From positions 62,001-126,000 of the IMG/VR virus record IMGVR_UViG_3300022839_000006: 64,000 nt of DNA; one strand, written 5' to 3'. Of this stretch, positions 1 through 9,386 are shown piece after piece. The position numbers were made by a program, and so were the translations under genes. Within the stretch, counting starts at the first letter, position 1; each line of letters begins with the position of its first letter. The notes under the pieces are model-generated. The model was not told the DNA's origin. It worked only from the letters and a program-made list of their open reading frames with translations, and ran no database searches.

Positions 1-336
1 GATGATAGCTATGAAAGAGCGATTGCTGCACGGATGGAAGCAGAGGTAGAAGTTCAAAGGATTGGCCAGAATGCAGAGCGCGAAAAGGTGCAGGCGCAAA
101 TTAAAGTGATTCAAGCAGAGGCAGATGCAGCATCCCGTGTGGCACAAGCGACCGCAGAAGCACAGGCAATCACTCTTCTTGGCAATGCTGAGGCAGAGGC
201 GATCAAAGCAAGGGGCAACGCACTTCGCGATAACCCAAATCTTGTCAGTCTTGTTCAAGCAGAGCGCTGGGACGGCAAGCTACCAACGACAATGTTGCCC
301 GATATTACAGTACCATTCATGAACATGAGTAACTGA
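1..336 (+). CDS. SPFH/band-7 (prohibitin-like) protein, C-terminal part (5'-truncated by window edge)
   Basis: Ala/Glu coiled-coil (AEAEAIKARGNAL) ending NPNLVSLVQAERWDGKLP, the typical SPFH C-terminus; frame is open back to position 1. Confidence 0.85.
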   Translation, partial: DDSYERAIAARMEAEVEVQRIGQNAEREKVQAQIKVIQAEADAASRVAQATAEAQAITLLGNAEAEAIKARGNALRDNPNLVSLVQAERWDGKLPTTMLPDITVPFMNMSN

Positions 337-682
337 TCTTGAACCTTGGCATTGCAATGATTGTCGCGTATATTCCACTCTTCTATTGGATGATACACGA
401 GGCTGTTAGGCAGAAAAAAGATTTGAAAAAGATTCGACGACAACCTCGTGTTGAGGTGATCACCTCGACATATTATTCCTGACGGAGATGCTAATTTGTG
501 CTGTACAAACAACACAAAGAATATTACGATGCAATCTGATCGGCACGTTCTCTTATCTGGAAGATTTCACAACTGAAACATCTTGTGAAATCTTCCAGAC
601 TGGCATCGACGATGTCGTTGTATTTGATTCTGTTGGACAGACTGCTTTTCGAACAAAAAAGACCACACAATAGAGGTGCAAA

Positions 683-1291
683 ATGAACTACAAATTTCCT
701 GAAATTAAAACGCTATCTGATGTTCTCCCTCACGTTGAGGGGAGGTCAGAGTTTGTTGTGGCTGAACGTGTGTTTGGCACTGTAGTCAATTATATGGTTG
801 CAAAGAAAGACACGTTCGATATGAGTGGTCCTGATGATGTGGGTGGTGCGATTCGTCGTGAATGTCGTGGCATCAAATTTGACTTGGATGGAAACATCAT
901 AGCAAGACCCTTCCATAAGTTTTTCAACGTCGGCGAAAGAGAGGAGACACATCCTAACGTGCTGGACTTTTCCGTTGACCACACTGTCTATACAAAGGAA
1001 GACGGTAGCATGGCACATCCCATCATGTTCAACGGCACTGTACGGTGGTGCACCAAGATGGGACTGACAGACGTGTCTGCTTATATGGACACGTTCTGCG
1101 CGAAGAACCCCAAATACAATCAGTTTGCACGTGATTGCATTGCAGATGGCTACACGCCACTTTTTGAGTATGTGGGACCATTTAACAAAGTGGTAATTGA
1201 GCACAAAGAAGAGAATATGGTGTTGCTTGCTGTACGAAATACCATTACAGGCGAATTTGTCAACATAAACAAGGAGAATGCTAAATGGTGA
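683..1291 (+). CDS. rnlA: RNA ligase 1 (T4 Rnl1/RnlA family), N-terminal half
   Basis: RECRGI, RPFHKFFNVGE, motif I KEDGSM, motif III FEYVGP, LLAVRN..TGE; GAGG SD upstream; stops before motifs IV/V. Confidence 0.9.
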   Translation: MNYKFPEIKTLSDVLPHVEGRSEFVVAERVFGTVVNYMVAKKDTFDMSGPDDVGGAIRRECRGIKFDLDGNIIARPFHKFFNVGEREETHPNVLDFSVDHTVYTKEDGSMAHPIMFNGTVRWCTKMGLTDVSAYMDTFCAKNPKYNQFARDCIADGYTPLFEYVGPFNKVVIEHKEENMVLLAVRNTITGEFVNINKENAKW

Positions 1292-1593
1292 ATGTTGGAG
1301 CACAAGGTGAACTGCGGGGATTACACTCTATGGATATATTCGTCTCAAACATTCCTTGCACAACTTCCCGAGAGTGTGTACCAGCACCTACCAATTCGCA
1401 CATAAACCATAGAAGTTGATATACAGTGCGACGAGTCGTTAAAGAAAATCGTGTGAAGACTTATTTTGAACAAATTGCCAACAATCGTAAAAGAGCGTGT
1501 TCTTTGGTCTCGCAACTGTGGACAACACGTCCACAATCAGTTATCGTTACCCATCGGACAATAGGTTTATAGACAAATCCTACTCAACGTTCA

Positions 1594-1638
1594 ACATCAG
1601 ATATCAGTCGTCAACTCAACTCAACTGATATCTGATGT
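1594..1638. repeat. Perfect 15-bp inverted repeat (hairpin) in the rnlA intervening sequence
   Basis: acatcagatatcagt (1594-1608) / actgatatctgatgt (1624-1638); loop region has tcaac x3. Confidence 0.9.
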
Positions 1639-1671
1639 AAGTTAATAGAATTATACATTTAAGAGGGACTC

Positions 1672-2229
1672 ATGGACATCATAGAAAAAATCAAAACGTA
1701 CGACATTCCTGTTGTAGTGTCACATGGTAGGTATACTTCTGCAGAAGCATTGCTCGAATTTACTCGTCCTCTTGAGGGCATCGAGGGGTTTGTCGTTGAC
1801 TTTGACGGCCACAAGGTGAAGGTCAAGGCTGATCAGTATGTCACGCTTCATAGGGTGAAGGACCAGATTCGAACCGAACGTCACATTCTTGAGATCATCA
1901 TTAATGGAAAACTCGACGATGTTCTCCCTATCCTAGACGCAACAGATCGAGTAACCGTTGAAGAATACCAACAGCGTTTTAACGTGGGGTTCGACGCAGT
2001 TGTGAGTCGAATTGAAGGGCTAGTGTTGCTTGCGCGTGCCCTCCACAGTGGCGACAAGAAGGAAGTTGCCATAAAATTTGTGCCAAATCTCCTACACAAA
2101 GAAGATTCAAGTTTCATATTTCGTGTACTTGATGGTAAAGAATTGCGCCCACATATCATCGAGTACGTTCGCAAAAGCGTAGGTAATACTACACGCTACG
2201 ACGCTCTTCTCAAATGGCTACAAATGTAG
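1672..2229 (+). CDS. rnlA: RNA ligase 1, C-terminal half (motifs IV, V and helical C-domain)
   Basis: EGIEGFVV (motif IV), KVKVKADQYVTLH (motif V); own SD-like aagaggga just upstream of ATG. Confidence 0.88.
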   Translation: MDIIEKIKTYDIPVVVSHGRYTSAEALLEFTRPLEGIEGFVVDFDGHKVKVKADQYVTLHRVKDQIRTERHILEIIINGKLDDVLPILDATDRVTVEEYQQRFNVGFDAVVSRIEGLVLLARALHSGDKKEVAIKFVPNLLHKEDSSFIFRVLDGKELRPHIIEYVRKSVGNTTRYDALLKWLQM

Positions 2230-2301
2230 TAGGTTGTACTGACTTGTTAAAGGAAGAGGACAACGTGCAATTACGCATGCTGATTACAAAAGGACTAAAA
2301 C

Positions 2302-3246
2302 ATGACTTTCGTTAAATTTACATCTATTGACAAGTTCGCTGATGCGTGGAAAATGATGCAACGACAAGAAATTGGCCAGATCCAATACCGCTCCAAAATA
2401 AAGCTGCACGGTACAAACGCCGGAGTTCGCATTGAAGGTGGTCAGCCTTTTTATCAAAAGCGTACTACAGACGTTACACCACTTGCAGACAATGCAGGGT
2501 TCGCATCGTTCGCATGTACTGTAGACTGGAAGATTGACGAAGATATTATCATCTACGGCGAGTGGGCCGGAAAAGGCGTTCAAAAATCTGATGCTGTTTC
2601 TTCGATTCCTACAAAGATGTTGTTTGTTTTCGCAGTGAAAAAAGATGAATACATGATCACTGAACCAGCCGCAATTCGTGAGTATGTACCATACCACCCA
2701 CAGATTGTGATTCTACCATGGTTCGACGAACCAACAACACTAGACATCAACGACGTCAGCAGTGCAAAAGCACTTTCAGAACGTCTCAACGTAGACGTGG
2801 AACAGATTGGATCAGAAGACCCATTCATCAAAGAGCGTTTTGGTATCTCAGGTGTTGGTGAAGGTCTTGTCGTCTCGCCATGTTCAGAAACTGGTTCGGT
2901 CCCACTTTGGCTTTACAACACATATACATTCAAGGTCAAATCTGATGCTCACCTTGTACAGAAAACTAAAGGAATCAACTCTTCAATCTACATTGAAATT
3001 CCTGGTTCTGTCAGAGAATTCTGTGATCAATTCGTCACGGACAACCGATGTGAACAGATGGTTCAAGAACACCTTGAAGGCTCCTATACTATGAGAGGAA
3101 TGGGGACATTTCTTAAAACAATCAACGCTGATATTCTGAAAGAAAGCAGAAACGAATTTGCTGAACTTGGTGTAGAATGGAAGATGGTTGCAAAGGAAAT
3201 CAATAAACGTACTGCGAAATGGTTCAAATCTAAAAATACAGTTTGA
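2302..3246 (+). CDS. RNA ligase 2 (Rnl2-like)
   Basis: KLHGTN (motif I), IYGEWAG (III), GEGLVV (IV), FKVK (V). Confidence 0.88.
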   Translation: MTFVKFTSIDKFADAWKMMQRQEIGQIQYRSKIKLHGTNAGVRIEGGQPFYQKRTTDVTPLADNAGFASFACTVDWKIDEDIIIYGEWAGKGVQKSDAVSSIPTKMLFVFAVKKDEYMITEPAAIREYVPYHPQIVILPWFDEPTTLDINDVSSAKALSERLNVDVEQIGSEDPFIKERFGISGVGEGLVVSPCSETGSVPLWLYNTYTFKVKSDAHLVQKTKGINSSIYIEIPGSVREFCDQFVTDNRCEQMVQEHLEGSYTMRGMGTFLKTINADILKESRNEFAELGVEWKMVAKEINKRTAKWFKSKNTV

Positions 3247-3276
3247 CAAATAACGACACAGTGTCAGGAGACAGCC

Positions 3277-3624
3277 GTGAACATTTTCAACTGGATCAAA
3301 TCACTCTTCCAAAACCCTGTAGTGGCTCAACCAATTGATGGGCATGTGGTCTTTGATGGAAGACGTATTGCATGTCTTCCATCAAAGACAGCAGCGGAAG
3401 AATTCATTCGAAATCAATTCCAAGAGGTCGATGTCAAAACGGCCCGTATAAATCTAACTGCCAGAGGCAAATGTCGATCCACTCAGGATGGAAGATGGAA
3501 GGCGTTTAGAAGCAATCTGAAATTGTCAAACAGGAGACGTCAAGATGAAAAAAGAGTTCAAACCAGTAGTGGGTGGACGAGCCAGCATCTGCACATGGGA
3601 AATAGAATTTTATTTCCTAGATAA
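3277..3624 (+). CDS. hypothetical protein
   Basis: GTG start after AGGAG; 3' end overlaps the next ORF, so the end is uncertain. Confidence 0.5.
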   Translation: MNIFNWIKSLFQNPVVAQPIDGHVVFDGRRIACLPSKTAAEEFIRNQFQEVDVKTARINLTARGKCRSTQDGRWKAFRSNLKLSNRRRQDEKRVQTSSGWTSQHLHMGNRILFPR

Positions 3625-3802
3625 ACAGCAAGCGAGATCATTCATCAAACTTCTAATCAAAGACGAAATTGATTTTTCGTTTGAATATGAAAAAGTTCTT
3701 GATCAAGCTGACGAACGGCACTATGTTACAGTAACTGGCTGCTGGGCGGCAAACATGGTTCGGGTTGCTCAGATGGCAGAAGAAGTTGACTATGTTGGAT
3801 AA
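3545..3802 (+). CDS. hypothetical protein
   Basis: 85-aa ORF in a run of co-oriented small genes. Confidence 0.65.
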   Translation: MKKEFKPVVGGRASICTWEIEFYFLDKQQARSFIKLLIKDEIDFSFEYEKVLDQADERHYVTVTGCWAANMVRVAQMAEEVDYVG

Positions 3803-3820
3803 CCAAAAAGGAATATAAAC

Positions 3821-3988
3821 ATGAACAAGGATGCAAAACAGCTGGCCAGAGATATTTATCTACAGGCTCTTAGTAACGCGGCGGGCTTGGCCGATCTTAC
3901 CCAGGAGGTAAGAATACAAATGCTTCAAGAGGCTGCTCAAATATGTATTGATGCTGCTGATGTATTTTACGAAGCAATTGGTGAGTAA
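3821..3988 (+). CDS. small hypothetical protein (55 aa, not in ORF track)
   Basis: Read by eye: MNKDAKQLARDIYLQ...FYEAIGE*; AAGGA SD upstream. Confidence 0.6.
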   Translation: MNKDAKQLARDIYLQALSNAAGLADLTQEVRIQMLQEAAQICIDAADVFYEAIGE

Positions 3989-4141
3989 GAATCATCAAAA
4001 AAATCTGGTGCAATTGGCCAATAAATTATGGCACATACAATCTGAAAGCATGGCACGAAATTGCCAGAGGTGTCGTGTTTCTTCCTCTGGTAATTATAGC
4101 ATTCGCCCTGCTCTACTTTTCAGTGTGTTTGATGACAGGCA

Positions 4142-4480
4142 GTGCTGAAGCTGAACGAATTAGAAAAGATGTGCAGTGACATGATCAAAACAACAAATGG
4201 ACTAAAACGAAATCACGTAGTTGAAGATGTTAATAGTACATCTGGTTTCTGGCCTGCTAGAATCTGGCGAATATTGGACAGCGAGCATGTGATCACAATT
4301 TGCACAGGCCTTCATGTAAAAAAGATGCACGTCTCTGAATTGAGAAAGTCAGAGTATACCGGTAGGTGGATGAGCAATCGCAGCATCCGCGAAAAGACAC
4401 ACTTTCTGGGGATGACTAGACTGAGAGGATTAATTAAAGGCGCTCGGCATTATAATCCCGAACTGATCCCAGAAGAATGA
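4142..4480 (+). CDS. hypothetical protein
   Basis: 112-aa ORF, start uncertain. Confidence 0.5.
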   Translation: MLKLNELEKMCSDMIKTTNGLKRNHVVEDVNSTSGFWPARIWRILDSEHVITICTGLHVKKMHVSELRKSEYTGRWMSNRSIREKTHFLGMTRLRGLIKGARHYNPELIPEE

Positions 4481-4498
4481 AACTGGAGTAACAATGAC

Positions 4499-4702
4499 AT
4501 GAACAGTAGAGTTTATGAAGATCAGGATGGTTTGGAAATTACCACTAAAGATCGATCAATAGAATTTCTGAAATTTGACGGAGGAAAAACGATTCTTGAT
4601 GTGGTGATTCATGACAAGAAACTGCAAAATCCCGTAGTGGTGTGTCTAACATCAGATGAAGCAACCCAATTGAAAAACTGGCTGAATGATCAGGGATTCT
4701 AA
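4499..4702 (+). CDS. hypothetical protein
   Basis: GGAG SD, 67 aa. Confidence 0.65.
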   Translation: MNSRVYEDQDGLEITTKDRSIEFLKFDGGKTILDVVIHDKKLQNPVVVCLTSDEATQLKNWLNDQGF

Positions 4703-4989
4703 ATTTGATAGACAGTTGACACCGAAGTCATTCTGTTATATTTTTATATTATAGAGGAAACACACATGGGGCGACGTGGAATTAGTCAACTGTACAGTCC
4801 CTTGTGATACTGTCCCAAAGTGGGCAACGTACAGGACCTCAAGACAGCAAAGAGCCAAGCATAGCGTGCAAAATACAAGAAATCAAGTCTAGAGATCATG
4901 ACTGCTCTTGTGGCGCATCGCAGCATAAGTCCCTTCCAGTCCCAACCAATCACTAAAATTTTAACACTCATGAAATAGGAGATGTACTA

Positions 4990-5181
4990 ATGTACAATAG
5001 AAGTTTTGATCTAGGATTCGTCGCTGGAATAGTAGGTGCTGTTGTAGTGTGTATGGTTATTATTGTCGTCTTCACTACCCCGACTTCAGAGTGGCAGTCA
5101 AATGCCATCGAACGTGGTTATGCACTGTATTGTCCATCGACTGGTGACTTTGCGTGGAAAGATGAATGTGACGTAAAATGA
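4990..5181 (+). CDS. small membrane-anchored hypothetical protein
   Basis: AGGAG SD; N-terminal hydrophobic helix; overlaps next gene by 4 nt. Confidence 0.7.
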   Translation: MYNRSFDLGFVAGIVGAVVVCMVIIVVFTTPTSEWQSNAIERGYALYCPSTGDFAWKDECDVK

Positions 5182-5537
5182 CTTGGAAATTGTTCCTTGA
5201 TGATATCAGGTTCCCTGCTGATGTCAGATATGATTATGGTCCCTACCGAGATATTGTAATCTGTCGTAGTATGGACGATGCAGTGTGGTGTGTTGAACAA
5301 TATGGTCTCCCTCAATTCATCAGCTTTGACCATGATTTGGCAGACGTTCATTATGAACAGGGCGATGGAGAAAAAACAGGGTTTACATTTGCCAAGTGGC
5401 TATGTGACTATGTCATGGACAACAATCTTCAAATGCCCGAAGATTTTGGTTTTTTTGTACATTCCATGAATCCCGTCGGCGCAGAAAACATCCGTTGTTA
5501 TATGAACAACTTTTTAAAGTACTGGCAACACAAATGA
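5178..5537 (+). CDS. cyclic-phosphate-processing receiver-domain protein
   Basis: LFLDDIR.P, ISFDHDL, KTG..FAKWL and VHSMNPVG motifs. Confidence 0.8.
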   Translation: MTWKLFLDDIRFPADVRYDYGPYRDIVICRSMDDAVWCVEQYGLPQFISFDHDLADVHYEQGDGEKTGFTFAKWLCDYVMDNNLQMPEDFGFFVHSMNPVGAENIRCYMNNFLKYWQHK

Positions 5538-5893
5538 TGAAAATGTATATTGCCTTATTGGATGAATTTCCTGATCATATGACACCCACTCTTGTGGCTC
5601 ATTCGGTGTTGTCTGCACATGATAAATTCTCAGAGAGGCTTATGATTAACGGTCACTCTGGATATTATTATCCTGAATACATAGACTGGTTTGAGAATTC
5701 ATTCAAGAAAGTCACATTACGAGTGAACCAAAAAGAGTTTGACAAGATTGCTGCATTGCCAAATGTTCATTTGGGACACGAGAACACCACACTGGAAGGC
5801 AGAAAGGCCTGTGCCGTAGTTTGTCCCATGCCAAATGAAAACTTGCCCAACGTATTGAAGTATGCTAAACTGTGGAAACCCAAGCACGAATAA
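5534..5893 (+). CDS. peptidyl-tRNA hydrolase II (PTH2)-like protein
   Basis: MKMYIA..D, VAHSVL, WFENSFKKVTLRV pattern; start at 5534 overlaps the previous stop. Confidence 0.65.
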   Translation: MMKMYIALLDEFPDHMTPTLVAHSVLSAHDKFSERLMINGHSGYYYPEYIDWFENSFKKVTLRVNQKEFDKIAALPNVHLGHENTTLEGRKACAVVCPMPNENLPNVLKYAKLWKPKHE

Positions 5894-6063
5894 AGAACAC
5901 TTGTTGAGCAATCTTCAATTCCAGAGTGACTGTTTAGAGAACCCTTTATTGGAAGTAGACTTTAGGCACACTCCATAGACAATCAATAATTACAAACAAG
6001 AGTGTGACATGACACGAGAAAGTATCAAGCGAGTGATTAAATTAATCGAAAACGGAGTAAATA

Positions 6064-6282
6064 TTGATGGTAAATGATGTTGGAAGATTGAACCAAGAAA
6101 TAAAGATTGCACTTGATCAATACATCAAGACTAACGATGTGTCGCACATGGACAAAGTGCTCGAATTAACAAAAGAACGTGCGAAGTCGTTGAAAGCTCG
6201 CGACTTTGAGACTTTCTATGCAGACAAGGTTGTGCGGTTAGATAAGGGAACAAACACAACCGAGAAAAAGAAGGGTCGATGA
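6064..6282 (+). CDS. hypothetical protein
   Basis: GGAG upstream; 72 aa. Confidence 0.55.
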   Translation: MMVNDVGRLNQEIKIALDQYIKTNDVSHMDKVLELTKERAKSLKARDFETFYADKVVRLDKGTNTTEKKKGR

Positions 6283-6349
6283 ATCTTACCATGAATAATT
6301 TTTACGAAGGGAAGATAGAAGCTTACCGGAAAATGCAGGAGTCAATGAC

Positions 6350-6634
6350 GTGGTGAACATTTGGCGCGATTTAAAATCAGATCCACCCGCTGGCAACGAA
6401 TATGCGGTGATTATTTTCCCTTGTAAAAGCGATTGCGGTGTGCTTTACACAATTAGCAATCCCCATTATGCCCGAGGTGAAAACGCACTCGAAGCAGGAT
6501 ACACACATTGGTGCCTGTTTACATTGGCTAGTAACCACGACGAGTGGGAAAAATGGCAAGATGATCTGCTGCCCACTACAGGCGGAGATATCAATTGCGC
6601 CATGGCGCAATTGAAAGACTTCGAGAAGACGTGA
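6350..6634 (+). CDS. hypothetical protein (DUF551-like W..L..DPP...THW pattern)
   Basis: WRDLKSDPP ... YTHW; AGGAG SD. Confidence 0.6.
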   Translation: MVNIWRDLKSDPPAGNEYAVIIFPCKSDCGVLYTISNPHYARGENALEAGYTHWCLFTLASNHDEWEKWQDDLLPTTGGDINCAMAQLKDFEKT

Positions 6635-6770
6635 GTAGTATTCAAACAGATGATCAGAGAACTGATGGATGGGTTTGAGGATAAGATTCAAGCTTTGACA
6701 GATGCTAGATTTGATCACAAACGTGGCACTCGATTAATCTCTTTCCGAATGGATTCTGAATCCATTTCGT

Positions 6771-6992
6771 GTGCATAATTACTGGGACCACAACACAGAC
6801 AGAGAAGATGAAGCATGGGTTTCGTACACAGATCTTTTGGATCTTGATTCGGTCGATAGGATCAAAAAGGAAACACAGATAGCCAGAGAAACTGAAAACA
6901 ATCGCTTGACACTTGAGAAGCTGAAAGCAATCGAGAAAACTGAAAGAGACGACTTGAAGAAACTAATCGACAAATATGGGGTGCCTGAATGA
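6771..6992 (+). CDS. hypothetical protein (may be the 3' part of a frameshifted gene)
   Basis: Coiled C-terminus LKKLIDKYG is common in phage small proteins; poor start context. Confidence 0.45.
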   Translation: MHNYWDHNTDREDEAWVSYTDLLDLDSVDRIKKETQIARETENNRLTLEKLKAIEKTERDDLKKLIDKYGVPE

Positions 6993-7235
6993 GCTATGAC
7001 AGAGGCTGTCCTTGCGGCAGAGAATCGTGCTACGAGAACTGTACGTCAAGTGATTGTTACAGAAAACCACACCAAACATTGTAGCAAGCAAGTAAAGGTG
7101 CATACAACATCCGGCGAACACTTTTATGACGAAAGGGGTGCGCTGGACTCATCATGGCCACATGGCATCTTGAACTATTAATTGGACAATTTAATAGGAT
7201 CAAACTGACTCCATTGTAAATTATTAGGATTAAAC

Positions 7236-7670
7236 ATGAAAACTTTCCAAATCAACCGAGACTCTTGGCACTACAAGCTAAACAAAAACTTCTTTCAAGA
7301 CACTTTGATGGAGAGACAGTGGGAACCCAAACACGCCAGCTTCTGTAAATACTGGTCTGCTACTATGTTCAGAATCGTCGGTGCGGCTATCATGGCGGCT
7401 ATGACAACTATATTGTTATTTTTGATCGCCTTTGCAATCTGGACCGATCCATTGACTGTCCTGAAAGGCGTAATAGTTTTCATCGGGATCTTCGGAGCTG
7501 TACTGAGCATCGCTGTATTGGTAGATTATGTCCAGACTCGGCCAACTGCTATGCCCAACGACGAACCAAAATCCATGATCGCCATGAAATATTATTCCTT
7601 CAAGAATAAAATCTGCCCAATGATCGAATTCAAAGATTCAGAGAAACAATATGAAGGATCGATGGAGTAA
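7236..7670 (+). CDS. membrane hypothetical protein
   Basis: SWHYKL, FCKYW, two TM helices, K.KICPMIEF end; AGGA SD. Confidence 0.8.
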   Translation: MKTFQINRDSWHYKLNKNFFQDTLMERQWEPKHASFCKYWSATMFRIVGAAIMAAMTTILLFLIAFAIWTDPLTVLKGVIVFIGIFGAVLSIAVLVDYVQTRPTAMPNDEPKSMIAMKYYSFKNKICPMIEFKDSEKQYEGSME

Positions 7671-7719
7671 AATTCAAAGGACGGCAAATGCGATCATCAG
7701 AACAGTTTAGGATTGAATA

Positions 7720-8139
7720 ATGAATAGATATGAATTTCAGGACGTAGTGGACTCTATTATGGGCAAGACAGAATACGTTCCTGGTGTTAGAGCAAATTCC
7801 AAAGCTAGAATTAAAGGCAAAGACCCCTATTTCAGTCATTGCTCAAAGATAACTGCTACATGGGAAACTGGCGGAGTGAGTGGGGGTAGCTGTTGGGACG
7901 ATTCCGATCCTGTTGAGTATTCAACCTCTGAACTTGAACCTGATTTTCACCACTTGGATGAGATACTTTCTAAAGTTGCAAGCAACGTCACATTTCTTGA
8001 ATACAAAACTCTCATGAAATTAGTGAAGTACGGTACATATATAGAGAACGAGTATTACGGTAACTGTACATACTACGCGACAAAGACGATTACAATTGAT
8101 GACATCTGGGACTTTCTTGTTGCACAAAAACATGTCTGA
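7720..8139 (+). CDS. hypothetical protein
   Basis: WETGGVSGGSCWD and EYYGN motifs recurrent in phage proteins. Confidence 0.75.
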   Translation: MNRYEFQDVVDSIMGKTEYVPGVRANSKARIKGKDPYFSHCSKITATWETGGVSGGSCWDDSDPVEYSTSELEPDFHHLDEILSKVASNVTFLEYKTLMKLVKYGTYIENEYYGNCTYYATKTITIDDIWDFLVAQKHV

Positions 8140-8533
8140 GATTATCTTGTTCATTGGTCTTCCTGGCTCTGGAAAAACACACGTGTCTGGTAGGATGTGT
8201 TCTGAAATCTTTGATGATATCATTGACCTCGATTTGTTGCCACAACAAATCGAGGTTGACTCCATACTTGGTATATGTGATGTTAATTTCTGTGATGATA
8301 AGATTCTCAGCAATGCTGTTGCGTTTTTCAAGGACAAATATCCCCATTCTCGTGTCAAAAAACATTATTTTGAGAATGCGCCAGACAAATGTAGAGCCAA
8401 CGTTGTTCATCGGAATGACGGAAGAAACGTCGAAGGTACAATAAAGAGGTTTGAAAAAATCTACAACCCGCCTCAAGGCTTCCATGAGGTTTGGGGACAT
8501 GTAAAAGGAAAAGAGGACAAAAAAGGTGATTAA
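8132..8533 (+). CDS. P-loop kinase (AAA_33/polynucleotide-kinase-like)
   Basis: IILFIGLPGSGKT Walker A at N-terminus; C..NV..R lid; likely start 8132. Confidence 0.75.
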   Translation: MSEIILFIGLPGSGKTHVSGRMCSEIFDDIIDLDLLPQQIEVDSILGICDVNFCDDKILSNAVAFFKDKYPHSRVKKHYFENAPDKCRANVVHRNDGRNVEGTIKRFEKIYNPPQGFHEVWGHVKGKEDKKGD

Positions 8534-8882
8534 TGTGGCTGTAGGCACTGTTCCTAAGATTAAAAACATAACGGTTGATTCGTGCAAATGGCCTGATGGG
8601 GCATGTGCTTGCCATGTTGCACAAGAAAATAAGGGTGACGTGTATGGGCGTGTATGGATGCATTGCGAAGAAGGACTGAACTTCTCCAAGGCAAGCATGA
8701 CACGTTTTGTGATGTTCTGTCTTGGAAACAATGTGGAAATTGGAGATCTGTATCCATTCGATGCGAAGTTTCCAAGATGTCAAGTATCTGCTTCTGTTCG
8801 ATTGCGAAAGGATCAATTCGCTAAATTTGAAAGTGAGACAGGCGGAAAGTTGAGACTGCCCGCTAGAACTGTATTGTGTTGA
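8526..8882 (+). CDS. hypothetical protein (Cys-rich)
   Basis: GTG start overlapping previous stop. Confidence 0.6.
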   Translation: MINVAVGTVPKIKNITVDSCKWPDGACACHVAQENKGDVYGRVWMHCEEGLNFSKASMTRFVMFCLGNNVEIGDLYPFDAKFPRCQVSASVRLRKDQFAKFESETGGKLRLPARTVLC

Positions 8883-8945
8883 ATCGTTGTTGACTGCAAG
8901 GCTGTGTTCCTATAACCTAAACATAGGAACACAAAGGAGTCAATC

Positions 8946-9155
8946 ATGCCTGCAGTTACAATTAAGAACATCAACAAAGCTTTGAACGACGCAAATCTCC
9001 CTTTAGAGATTGTAAAGGGTGATGGATACTTCTGGTTCGCAGCAACGGAAAATGCACCAGCTGGGGTTGAAGATAATGTAGGCAGCATCTACTCCAACTA
9101 TCTTCGTGGAATGAGCATAGAAGATTATGTGGAACACGTAAAAGACAGCCAATAA
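8946..9155 (+). CDS. hypothetical protein
   Basis: AAGGAG SD; LEIVKGDGYFWF motif. Confidence 0.75.
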   Translation: MPAVTIKNINKALNDANLPLEIVKGDGYFWFAATENAPAGVEDNVGSIYSNYLRGMSIEDYVEHVKDSQ

Positions 9156-9175
9156 AAACAGATGAAGGAAACACA

Positions 9176-9385
9176 ATGGACTACATTACAACACCAAAGA
9201 CCTCCCAAGAGGCGTATCGACTGATTCACCAGCATGCCGCCATGTGGTTGGCTGGATGTATTGGAAACGGCAGTGCTTGTGATGACTTCTTCCACACAGA
9301 GCTGAAACTTCCAAGTGTTATGAGAGAAATTGAATCGCATACAGACTTGGAGGAGCATCGTCCTCGCTTCGAAGACGGATGTTAA
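9176..9385 (+). CDS. hypothetical protein
   Basis: AAGGA SD; 69 aa. Confidence 0.6.
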   Translation: MDYITTPKTSQEAYRLIHQHAAMWLAGCIGNGSACDDFFHTELKLPSVMREIESHTDLEEHRPRFEDGC

Positions 9386-9386
9386 G

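Noticed and set aside
1292-1671. Group I intron or T4 gene-60-style bypass in rnlA
   Set aside because: No recognisable P7 core or splice junction by eye. The gap is far longer than the gene 60 bypass and the second half has its own SD. Not excluded without Infernal or RT-PCR.
4766-4978. Stop-codon reassignment suggested by an SD-led frame interrupted by TGA and TAG
   Set aside because: Conserved genes terminate normally at TAA, TAG and TGA and long genes have no internal stops. This is more likely a decayed small gene.
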